From Candidatus Aminicenantes bacterium (GTDB taxonomy: Bacteria > Acidobacteriota > Aminicenantia > UBA2199): 64,000 nucleotides of DNA. A program made the position numbers and the translations under genes. The notes beneath the pieces are model-generated. The model did not search any database and was not told the DNA's origin. It was given only the letters and a program-made list of their open reading frames with translations. The DNA lies in contig CAVXTN010000012.1 in the NCBI GenBank assembly GCA_963764745.1, positions 458,416 through 522,415 on the forward strand, given 5' to 3'. The number at the start of each line of letters is the position of its first letter. Within the stretch, counting starts at the first letter, position 1. Shown piece after piece: positions 40,401-49,932 of the stretch.

Positions 40401-43400
40401 GGTTTCTCCTGTTCGGGCGCAGCGCCGCCGCCCTTCTGCGGCACGGTCAGGATGATCTGCGAACCCTGCCCGGGCTTGGATTTCACTTCCAGCCTGCCGC
40501 CCAGATAATTCAGGCGTTCGCGCATGCTGAAAAAGCCGAAGCCGCCGTGCGGCTCCCGCGGGCCGAAGATCCGCGACGCGTCGAAGCCCACGCCGTCGTC
40601 GTTGACCTGGATCTTGAGGAACGGCTTCTCCAGCGAAAGGATGACCTTGGCCTGGCTGGCCCGCGAGTGCTTGCCCACGTTGACCAGCAGCTCGCGCACC
40701 ACCTGGAACAGGATCACCTGGCGGTCGTTGTCCAATTCCAGGTCCCCGATCCGGCTTTCGAATTCGACCGGGACATGGAATTGCTCCTGGATCCTTTCGG
40801 CCAGCCATTCCAGCGCGGCCTGCAGGCCCAGCTCGTACAGTATCGGCGGGCTGAGATCGAAGATCAGCGAACGGGCGTCCTGGATGCTGCACTCCAGCAG
40901 CCGGCGCACCGCGGCCATTTCCCCTTTCATACCCTCGTCGGCGGCCAGGTTCTTTTCCATGGCGGCGACCTTCAGCTTGCACAGGGCCAGGTTCTGGCCG
41001 ATCTGGTCATGGAGTTCGGAGGCGATGCGCCGCCGCTCCCTTTCCTCGATCAGGATCATTTCCGAGGTCAGGGCCGCAGCTGCTCCTGGTAGGCCAGCAG
41101 CTTGGCCTCGGCCTGCTTGCGCTCGGTGATGTCCTTGGTGATGATCAAGACGTTGTCGGCCGCGGTCCTCACGTAGTCGACCACGAGCCATTTGCTTTCG
41201 CCGGTGGATTGGTAGTGGTACAGCATTTCCGTATTCAGGCTTTCGCCGCTGTCCAGGACCCGGCGGACATTCATCATCAGGCTCGGCTCGTCGGCATATA
41301 ATTTTTCCACCTCGATGCCGATAAAATTCCGGATCTTGTTCCGGGTGATCTTGTCCGCCGCCTGGTTGGCGTTGGTCAGGAGGATGCGGCCGTCGGCCTG
41401 GCGCGTCCAGATGTAGGCCGGGTCGGGAATGGCCGCGAAGGTGCTGCGGAAGGTCTCCTCGCGCAGGCGCAGCTCGACTTCGCTGCGCTTGCGTTCGCTC
41501 ACGTCCCTTTGCACCGAAGAATAGGCGTAGATCCTGCCGGCGTCGTCCTTCAGGGGCATCACCTTGTATTCGCAGTAAAAAGTCGAACCGTCCTTGCGCT
41601 TGTTCAGCGATTCTCCCAAATGGGTCTTGCCGGAGGAGACGATTTGATACAATTCCTGCTGGATCTGCAGGGCTTTGGGCTCGGCATTGAAGATCTCGGG
41701 GGTTCTGCCCTTGAGTTCCTTGAGCGTGTAGCCGAAAAAGTTTTCCGCCACTTTGTTGATATAGGTGATGGCAAAATCGACATCGGTGACGATGATCGCA
41801 TCCGACGTGTTTTCCGTGACCGAACTCAGGAAACGCAGCTGCTCCTCGGCCCGCTTGTGCTCGCTGATGTCGCGGATGGTGCCCAGGATATATTTCTCGC
41901 CTTCGATTTCGATCGACGCCGCCGACACCAGGCCCAATACGTTTTTGCCAGACTTGCCGACGAACCAGCATTCCACGTTTTCGACCGCTCCCTTTGTTTT
42001 CACGGCATCGATGATTTCCTGACGGTCCTCGGGATCCCTATATACTTTCATTTCCAGGGTCGTTCTGCCGAAAACCTCGTTTTCCTTGTAGCCCAGGATC
42101 TTCGTGAAACCCTTGTTCACCGACACGATCTTGCCGCTATCCAGGCGCGACAGGATGATGGAATCGGGGCTGATGTAGAACAATCTTTTGAATTTCTCTT
42201 CCGAGGCGATCAGCTGGCTTTCCGCCTGCCTGCGGCGCAACGAGACCGAAACGATATGGCTTACCGATTTCAACAATTCCAGGGATACCGGCGGCGTTCC
42301 CTTGGTGATGGCCGCGATCACCGTCCCGATCAGTTCGCCTTCGACCACGAGCGCCATGCCTATAAATTTCTCGAGATTGAACACACGCTGGATGACGGCG
42401 CTCGTTCCCTTGGGAATTGCCCCGAACGATACGTCGTGAAGGGAATTGCGATACCCGACCACTTCGCTGGTGATCTCCTTGTACATCGCCTCGCTGACGT
42501 CATATTTGATGCTGCCGATCTTCCGGCCCAGGGCGCGGTTGAGCTCATTCAGCAATTTGCTCGCCGTGTTGGCGCTGATGAATTCGAGCTGGCGGGTCTC
42601 CTTGTTGTAATAATTGACCCCGACATAAATGGCCCGGGTGATGGCCATCATTTTTTTTGAAATGTATTCATTGATATCGGCCTCACGCGGCAGCGATGCC
42701 AATTCCAGCGATATTTCGTTAAGCATGGCCAGGTCTTTGTTCTTTTCGGCGATATCCAGTTCGGCCCGCTTGCGCTCGCTGATGTCCTTGGTGATCACCA
42801 GGACGCTGTCATCGGAGGTCTTCGCGTAATCGACCAGCAGCCAGCGGCTTTCGCCGGTGGACTGGAATTTGTAAAAGATCTCGGCATTCTTGCTTCCTCC
42901 CAGCTTCAGCCCCGAGCGGATCTTTTCTAAGAAATCCGGGTAGTCGGAGAACAGGCGGTCGGGCTCGATGCCGAGGAACGACTTCATCTTGCCCTTGGTG
43001 ATCAGGGCGGCCGCCCGGTTGAAGCGGGTCAGGATGAAGCGGCCGTCATCCTGGCGCGTCCAGATGAAAGCCGGGTCGGGGATGGCCTCGAAGGTGCAGC
43101 GGAACATTTCTTCACTCTGGCGCAGCGCATCGAGCGCAGCCTCCCTTTGGGATTCCGTTTGCTTGCGATCAATGGCGATAGCAATTTGTCCGGCGGCCGA
43201 TTCCAGAAGCTTCACATCGCGGATGCTGAAGACGCTGCTCTTCCGGTAGTCCTGAACCGCCATCACGCCGATGGCGGTCTTCCTGATCATCAGCGGAACA
43301 CCCAGCCAGCACTTGGGGGCGGTTTCCCAGACCTTGTTCCTGCCCGTCGCATATCGCTCATTGAGTTGCCTTTCATCCAGCAGCAACGTTTTTTTCGTTC

Positions 43401-44963
43401 TAAGGACTTCCACCGTCAGTGATTGTGAATCATCCACGTCGATAATCGGCGCCGCACCGACATCCATTTCGTCGACGACATATGGGAAGGTCAATGTTTT
43501 GCCATCGTCTGAAAGAAGGGCAATGAACAGGTTGGCTGCCAGTATGATTCCCGACAAGGTGCGATGAATGTGTCCGAACAATTCGTTCAAATTGCCGGTT
43601 GTATAGATAGCCTGAGAAATCTTATAGAGCGTTTGTGTGAGTTTTTCCGCCTGCTGGCGCTCGCTGACGTCGCGGCCGAGGGCGATGATGCCCTTGGGCC
43701 TGCCCTGGCTGTCATTGAACAGCGAGGCCGATACCTCCAGGGGGATGGACTGGCCGTCTTTCCTTTTGAACAAGTACTCGGATCCCGAAACGCTTTTCCT
43801 TCTGATGAAGCTGGCGGTTTTTTTCTCCAGAAACAAGCGGTCCAGGCCGGAAACGAAATCATAGGTGCTGCGTCCGACCACGTCGCCGTACGCGTAGCCG
43901 CCGGTCATCAAAAACTGCTGGTTGACGGTCAGCAGCCTGGCGTCGAGGCCCATGACCGCGATGACTTCGGGCGACGTGTCGATCAGCGTGTGGTAGTACT
44001 TTTCGCTTTCGCGCAGCTCGGTCTCGGTCTGCAGCTTGGAGATGAGGGTCCCGGCTTCCTTGCCGACCATTTCCAGGATGCTCTTTTCCTCGGGGCTGAA
44101 CGTCCCGCGCTGGCTGCTGGCCGCGTTCATGGCGCCCGATCACCCGCCCCTTGGAGACCAGGGGGACGCTGCTGGCCATGCGCCAGCCCCATTTTTTGAA
44201 ATAAGATCGGGTGATGCTTCGCGGGTGTCGTCGATGAAATACGGCTGACCGTGCTTCAGCACCCGGGAAAACGGCAGGTTGTCGATCGACATGTACTTTT
44301 CATCGAAGACAAATCGCTTCGGCAAGCCGCGCTGGGCCAGCAGCTTCACCTTTTCGCTTTCCTTGTCGTACATGAAGATGGCGGCCATGTCGAAGGCGAG
44401 CGGGCCGACCACGCAATCCAGGATGACTTCCAACAGGTCCGTCCAGCGAATCGGCAGTGTTGCCCTTGGAGATGATGCAGTTGAGGATTTCGATCTGCTG
44501 GGTGCGGACCCTCTGGGCCTCCTCGGCCAGCTTGTTCTGGGTGATGTCCTCGACCGTGCCTTCGAACATGACCTCGCCGCTCTCGCCCTTGGTCAGCTTG
44601 GCGTTCTCGCGCACGTGGATCGGCGGAACCGTCCTTTTTTTTCCAGATCGATTCCAGGCCGATGATCTCGCCGTCGCTCTCCAAGCGCTTGATGAAATCG
44701 CGGCGCAGGTAGCTCGCGTCCGAATAATCTTTTTCCAGGTTCCGCTTGGCCAATTCGTCGAATGATTCATAGCCCAGCATCTTGACCAGGGCCGGGTTGG
44801 AGTCCACGATGCGGCCGTCGAGGGTGGTGCGGTAGATGCCGATGGGCACGTTCTCGAAAAGCTGGCGATAGCGCTCCTCGCTCGCCTCCAGGGCCTGCTT
44901 GACCCTGCGGTAGCGCTTGACGTCGACGACGACCAGTTCGCGCGTGTTCTCTTTTTCATCCAT
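40397..44963 (-). CDS. cytoplasmic multi-PAS/GAF sensor histidine kinase (HisKA_3 + HATPase_c), ~1520 aa, frameshifted as assembled
   Basis: ATG 44963. Recurring PAS-linker signatures: EDITQNKLAEE, DVSERQQAE, DISERKRAE, DISEHKRAE, DVSERKRSE, DITERKQAE. Has GAF-like segments. The C-terminus in ORF 40397..41971 has the H-box IASELHDQIGQNL and N/G boxes (NVGKHS, DDGVGF, GGFGFFSMRERL). No TM segment. Breaks at ~44630 (a 9-T run), ~44455, ~44190, ~44135 and ~41075. Confidence 0.8.
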
Positions 44964-44993
44964 TTTCGGCCCTGCCTCTCTTCATGTTCAACC

Positions 44994-45022
44994 ATGGTAG
45001 CCAGCGGGGCTTTCATTGTCAA
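44994..45022 (-). promoter_or_regulatory. sigma70-like promoter for the histidine kinase operon
   Basis: Minus strand reads TTGACA (45022-45017), 17 nt, TACCAT (44999-44994). A ~30-nt leader with GAAGAGAGG follows. Confidence 0.4.
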
Positions 45023-45032
45023 GGCAGAGATC

Positions 45033-45179
45033 GGAAGGGAAGAATCAGGGAAGAGGGAAGAGGAAGAGCAAGTAAGAGATCGAAAAAGCGCTGATGTTTT
45101 GCAACATGTCTCCACTTTTTCTTTCCCTTTGTCTTCCCTTTGTCTTCCCTCTGCCTTTCCCTCTTTCTTCCCTTGTCTT
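45033..45179. repeat. polypurine tract / spacer / polypyrimidine tract dyad filling the divergent promoter region
   Basis: 45033-45079 is almost pure G/A (GGAAGGGAAGAA..GGGAAGAGGGAAGAGGAAGAG..). 45115-45179 is almost pure C/T with ~11-nt periodicity (CCCTTTGTCTT x2 exact, then CCCTCTGCCTT, TCCCTCTTTCTT, CCCTTGTCTT). A small palindrome ATGTT-TTGC-AACAT sits at 45094-45107. Confidence 0.85.
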
Positions 45180-45186
45180 GGGTTTG

Positions 45187-45215
45187 TTGCTTTGCATCCC
45201 TTTTTATGATATATT
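45187..45215 (+). promoter_or_regulatory. sigma70-like promoter for tRNA-Ala
   Basis: TTGCTT (45187-45192), 17 nt, TATATT (45210-45215), 11 nt upstream of the tRNA 5' end. Confidence 0.45.
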
Positions 45216-45226
45216 GTCAGTCCCGT

Positions 45227-45299
<73 letters not shown>

Positions 45300-45522
45300 C
45301 TTTAACTTCCCTTCCAAATCAAAAATCGCAGGGCACGACCTTTTTTACATTCCGTTTTTTTTTTAAGCATTGATGATCAATACCTGATCCTGGCTGCCCG
45401 AACTCCTTCAACAGGGAATTCGATACTTTTTCCCATCTTTCAATGAAAGCCTGAATGTAGGATAATCTAAAGGCAATGCGGAATATTCAAGACAATAATA
45501 TAAGACCAAGGAGAAACATAAA

Positions 45523-46147
45523 ATGAAAGTCTTGCTGGTGAATGGCAGCCCGAACGGCAAAGGATGCACCTACACGGCCCTTTGCGAAGTGGAAAAGGAG
45601 CTGAACAAGCAGGGTATCGAAACTGAAATATTCCAATTGGGGAAGAAGCCGATCCGCGGCTGCACGGCGTGCCGAAAATGCTCCGAACTGGGGAAATGCG
45701 TGTTCGACGATGATTTGGTCAACGTGCGCGCTGGCCAAGGCGGAGCAGGCGGACGGATTTGTTTTCGGTTCTCCCGTGCATTACGCGGGGCCCTCGGGAT
45801 TCATAAAATCGTTCCTGGACCGCTGCTTCTTTGCCGGCGGCGACCGCTTTGCCTACAAGCCGGGCGCGGCCATCGTCAGCTGCCGCCGGGGCGGCGCCGG
45901 CTCGGCATTCGATCAGCTCAACAAGTATTTCACCATCAGCAGCATGCCGGTCGTTTCATCGCAGTATTGGAACATGGTCCATGGCAGCTCTCCCAGGGAA
46001 GTGCTGCAGGATCTCGAAGGACTGCAGACCATGAGGACGCTGGGGCGGAACATGGCCTGGCTTTTGAAATCAATACAAGCGGGTCGAAAAGCGGGAGTCG
46101 CTCTTCCGGAAACCGAGGAGCGGGTCTGGACAAATTTCATCCGTTAG
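45523..46147 (+). CDS. flavodoxin-like fold NAD(P)H-dependent FMN reductase / iron-sulfur flavoprotein family, frameshifted as assembled
   Basis: AAGGAG upstream. Reads MKVLLVNGSPNGKGCT..., with Cys cluster CTACRKCSELGKC. Continues in ORF 45710..46147 (FVFGSPVHYAGPSG..., YWNMVHG) after a break at ~45722. Confidence 0.7.
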
Positions 46148-46245
46148 CTGTCGCATTCGACGAAACTGCCATCGAAGTGGGCGTCATGGTCGCACGCTTC
46201 AAGTAAAAAGTCCCCCTCTCAGGGAAGAAGCGACATGGCTCCGCC

Positions 46246-46893
46246 TCATCGTTTTTTCCGCTCCGCGATCCATCCCACCAGGGGCGGGACCCAGCAGAGA
46301 TCGGCGATGCTGGTTTCGAGCGCGGTAGAAAATTGCGTCCTGGGCACGAAGCCGAGCCAGCGGGCGGCCAGCAGCCCCAGGGGCACGACAAGGATGATGG
46401 CCAGGCTGGAGACCATCACCGGGTCCCGGAAGTACTTGGCCAAGGCCGGTGCCAGGGACTTTTCCCGCCGGCGCAGGAAAACAAATCCCGAGATGTTCGC
46501 CCCGATCTGATCGGAGAGCGCGTAAAAATAGGGGATGTAAAAAGCCTCGACCCCGTAAACGTTCACTCCCAGGAGGCGGCTGCCCCAATCGATGATCCAG
46601 GGGAACGCCATGCCCAGGAGCTTGCCCCAGCCATAAGCTTCGGCCATGCTGCCGGCAGCGCCGGCCAGGCGCTTGCGGATCGCGAATATCCCTTCGAAAA
46701 TGCTCTCGCCCTCGCCGGACAAGGTGCGCACGATCCATTGGCCGATGCCGCTGGTCTGGAAGCCGAAGTGATCCAAGACTACGCCGGCCAGAATGCCGCC
46801 GGCATAACCGCCGCCGGTATACTTGATCAGCTCGCGGAACTCCCCGCCCTCGCGCTCTTCTCCTGATCCTTCTTTTTCTTCCGGCATACTCAT
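46246..46893 (-). CDS. hypothetical membrane protein (215 aa)
   Basis: Intact ORF with an acidic N-terminus followed by several hydrophobic segments. No family recognised. Lies 27 nt downstream of the 300-aa ORF on the same strand. Confidence 0.45.
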   Translation of the reverse strand: MSMPEEKEGSGEEREGGEFRELIKYTGGGYAGGILAGVVLDHFGFQTSGIGQWIVRTLSGEGESIFEGIFAIRKRLAGAAGSMAEAYGWGKLLGMAFPWIIDWGSRLLGVNVYGVEAFYIPYFYALSDQIGANISGFVFLRRREKSLAPALAKYFRDPVMVSSLAIILVVPLGLLAARWLGFVPRTQFSTALETSIADLCWVPPLVGWIAERKKR

Positions 46894-46920
46894 GGCCTGG
46901 CGGCTATGCGGCCCGGCAGG

Positions 46921-47823
46921 TTATTCGTTGCCGATGCCGACAAGCTCGACGCGCCGGCCGCCGGCCAACACGGTTTCGCTCAGGATAAGGCCGATGCCGG
47001 AAGCGTAGTAGCGATACTCGTCCCGGCCGGAAAACACCTTGACCTTGAGGCAGCCGCTGAAGGTCCCGTAGGGGACGGTCACGGTTTCATTCAGGCTGAG
47101 GACCTGCGCCTTGTCTTCGGCCACGCCGGTCACAAGTTCCTCCTGGTATTGTTGGTTCAGGTAATCCTGCGGCCGGCCGGGCATGACGATGCCGGGCTTG
47201 GCGCCATCAGTCCCGGCCTGCCAGGACCAATCCCCGCTCACCACGTTGAAATCATACTTTTTCGTTTCCTGGGCGAAAAACCAGACATCACCGTCCTGGT
47301 TCTGGGCGAACCAGCGCCAGGTGTCCTCGAACAGCCGCTCGCTGTTGAGCCCGCGTTCATGGACCCCGAGGCAAAGGACGCCCATGACCAACCTGGTGTC
47401 GGCCGTGTCCGTGACCGTCATCAGGTCGCCGCTGTCACCGTTGGCGACCGCGTAGCTCCGGGTCCGGCCGGGAATAATCGGGAAATATTTGTTGCTGACG
47501 CCCTTGACGAATTCCGCCGGGATGATATGGGGGTTGTAGCCGGTCTTCTTGAAAACCGTCAGCACCAGGATGGTCACGACGGCGCCGGCCACGGCCCAGC
47601 CGAGAAGGGTGGGCAGCAAGCGGCTGGTTCGCGCCGCCCCGGGTTCCCTGTCGCCGGCCTGTTCCCTGTAGCCGGGGACCTGGTCGAGGACATCGGCCGC
47701 ATCCCGCGTTTTTTTCAGCCCGGGCCGGGCGGACAGAGGAACCGCCTCGACGGCCAGCAAAAAAAGAAAAAACACGATCTGCAGAACCGCGACGCCCCGT
47801 AAATGTTTTGGCGACGAGAACAT
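46921..47823 (-). CDS. hypothetical membrane-anchored/secreted protein (300 aa)
   Basis: Intact ORF with two N-terminal hydrophobic segments and a beta-rich C-terminal ~200 aa. No family recognised. Confidence 0.45.
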   Translation of the reverse strand: MFSSPKHLRGVAVLQIVFFLFLLAVEAVPLSARPGLKKTRDAADVLDQVPGYREQAGDREPGAARTSRLLPTLLGWAVAGAVVTILVLTVFKKTGYNPHIIPAEFVKGVSNKYFPIIPGRTRSYAVANGDSGDLMTVTDTADTRLVMGVLCLGVHERGLNSERLFEDTWRWFAQNQDGDVWFFAQETKKYDFNVVSGDWSWQAGTDGAKPGIVMPGRPQDYLNQQYQEELVTGVAEDKAQVLSLNETVTVPYGTFSGCLKVKVFSGRDEYRYYASGIGLILSETVLAGGRRVELVGIGNE

Positions 47824-47979
47824 GAAATACCTCGCAAATTCGATCGGAACCGATGAGTAAAGGTACTGTATCCGCAGAAAAATGTCAATCCGGCCGATGC
47901 GGACACAAGCGCCTACAATCTTTATAGACCGGCACTTCGCTTTTAAAATGAAAAAACATATCCTGGCACTTTTTTTCTC

Positions 47980-49932
47980 TTATTCCTTTTTAGGAAATAA
48001 CCTGATTATCAGAACCAACAGGGCCAGGGTAACCAATCCCAGGACAACGTATAATCCCCAATTACGGCCTTCGAAAAGCGCCTTGATTTTAAAGTCAAAA
48101 CCAGAAGCGCTCAGGTTTGTCCAGTTCTCCATTTTGACGGTTTGGGGTGCGGTATCCTTTAAATGAGCCTGAACCAGGGCCAAATCATATTTAGCCTCAT
48201 CCGCGTCCGGATGACCGCCATATAAAGAATATTCTCCAGCGTTTCGGGCGATAAAAAGCAAGGTTGGAGCATAGAAAAACGCGTTGCTCTTATTAAGACC
48301 AATAGGCCGGTTGTCGCCATGCTGCATGCGCACTCGGATTTTCTCCACGGCAACCGGAAGGGCATGCAAATCCACTTGTAAAACGGCTGCGCCGTCGCCG
48401 GTGTTTTGCCATTTCAGTTCTTTCCACTGCTTCCACTCACTTTGTCCAGGCCCGGGGATCTCAAAAATGACCTGGCGTTCGAAAATACCATGGGATTCCA
48501 GGCTCAAAAATTCCCATGGAGATAAAGATCCGGGCAATTGAACTGTCCAAGCCGAACTGTTTGTTGCTTGATCATAGCTTGAAATGACATGCAATTTTGC
48601 AGTGCGAATTTCATTGCTTCCTCTGAAATATGGGATCTGCACTTTATCCTTGACCAGGCGTAATGCCTGGAGGTTCGCTTCAAAAACGACCTCCGGGTCC
48701 AGCACCAGCCGGTAATATCCGGGAACAGGGATCATTACTTTGGCTTTCCAGCGATATCCTTTTTCATTGAAAGGACCTCCGCCGACACCCAATTGCTCCA
48801 GCAGATTCTCGGCGCGCCATTGGGGGTTCTCGATAATTCCTGAAAAAACCAGGCTTCTGCCGGCTTGCCGCTTTTCGTCTCCCGGCCTTTCCTTGACTAG
48901 AGTTTTGCTTCCGAGGCCGGTTTGGGCCCGATAGACACCTTCTTTATCCGCCCAGAACACCAAACGCGGCAAGCGTGCCTGCAGCTTGAATTCGCTGACA
49001 TGGCCCAAGTACTTGTCGCCTTGATCCAGTTTTAAAATCAGATAACGACTCGGCCAGAATTGATTGACATGAATTTCCAGCTCCGTTTCCGTTCCCAGCA
49101 CCGTTGTGACCACTCCAGTATAAATTTCCCGAAATTCCGGCACCCCGCCCTGAGCCATTTCATAACCCAACCGCCAGCGGCCCTGAAATTGGGCTTCCGT
49201 TTTCAGGGCCAGGGTTTGAATGGCCAGACCAGATCCCGGCAGCACTGCGGAAAGTACGCGTTCATTTCCGCGCTTGTCATCCGCAAAAGCGAGTTGCGTC
49301 CATTGCTCGGCAAAGCCCTTGGCCCGATTGCGGCCAATCACCCGAACGGATTGAACCGGCAAGGCAGTTTCCTTCAACGACCGGTCATACCCTTTGAAAC
49401 ATAGGCGCATTTGATCATAGACCCCGGACTTAACCTGAAGCGTAGATCCCGATTGCTCTCCTTTTTTATAGAGCGCCGCGTTCCGCGCCAGCCAAAGCCA
49501 TCGTTGCCCGGCACGAGCCTGGATATCGACTTTGCCCATGAATTCAGAATCAGACAAATCAATGAGCAGGGTCTCCATGATAAAATTGGCGGGCAGCGAT
49601 GTTTCCCAGATCAAGCCCTTGTCCTTGTCCAGGTAGATACGACCGGGCGCCAAATCAATTTGCCGGAGTTTATTGTCTTCTTTCCAAAAGAGTTCAAAGG
49701 AACGATTCTGGCCATCCGGCCCGACCAGAGCCAGGTCGATGAAGGATTGGCTCCCCTTTTCATCGCTGGCAAAGAAAAGTCCGGCCGGCAGGACCGATTC
49801 CACCAGCCCGGCTTTGGGAACAACCAATTCGGCTTGAAAATGCCACGGAGCATCAGCCAATGCCAGCCGGTTGCCAATTGCCAAAACCAAAAATGATCCT
49901 ATTAAAAGCCTATGAATTCTTGTCTTCAGCAT
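47980..49932 (-). CDS. DUF3999-like protein (signal peptide, large beta-rich ectodomain, C-terminal TM anchor)
   Basis: Start moved to ATG 49932, which follows GGGAGG. The signal peptide is MLKTRIHRLLIGSFLVLAIGNRLALA and the C-terminal anchor is WGLYVVLGLVTLALLVLIIRLF. It sits immediately downstream of a DUF2339-type gene, as is typical for that pair. The family call rests on architecture and context, not on a search. Confidence 0.5.
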   Translation of the reverse strand: MLKTRIHRLLIGSFLVLAIGNRLALADAPWHFQAELVVPKAGLVESVLPAGLFFASDEKGSQSFIDLALVGPDGQNRSFELFWKEDNKLRQIDLAPGRIYLDKDKGLIWETSLPANFIMETLLIDLSDSEFMGKVDIQARAGQRWLWLARNAALYKKGEQSGSTLQVKSGVYDQMRLCFKGYDRSLKETALPVQSVRVIGRNRAKGFAEQWTQLAFADDKRGNERVLSAVLPGSGLAIQTLALKTEAQFQGRWRLGYEMAQGGVPEFREIYTGVVTTVLGTETELEIHVNQFWPSRYLILKLDQGDKYLGHVSEFKLQARLPRLVFWADKEGVYRAQTGLGSKTLVKERPGDEKRQAGRSLVFSGIIENPQWRAENLLEQLGVGGGPFNEKGYRWKAKVMIPVPGYYRLVLDPEVVFEANLQALRLVKDKVQIPYFRGSNEIRTAKLHVISSYDQATNSSAWTVQLPGSLSPWEFLSLESHGIFERQVIFEIPGPGQSEWKQWKELKWQNTGDGAAVLQVDLHALPVAVEKIRVRMQHGDNRPIGLNKSNAFFYAPTLLFIARNAGEYSLYGGHPDADEAKYDLALVQAHLKDTAPQTVKMENWTNLSASGFDFKIKALFEGRNWGLYVVLGLVTLALLVLIIRLFPKKE

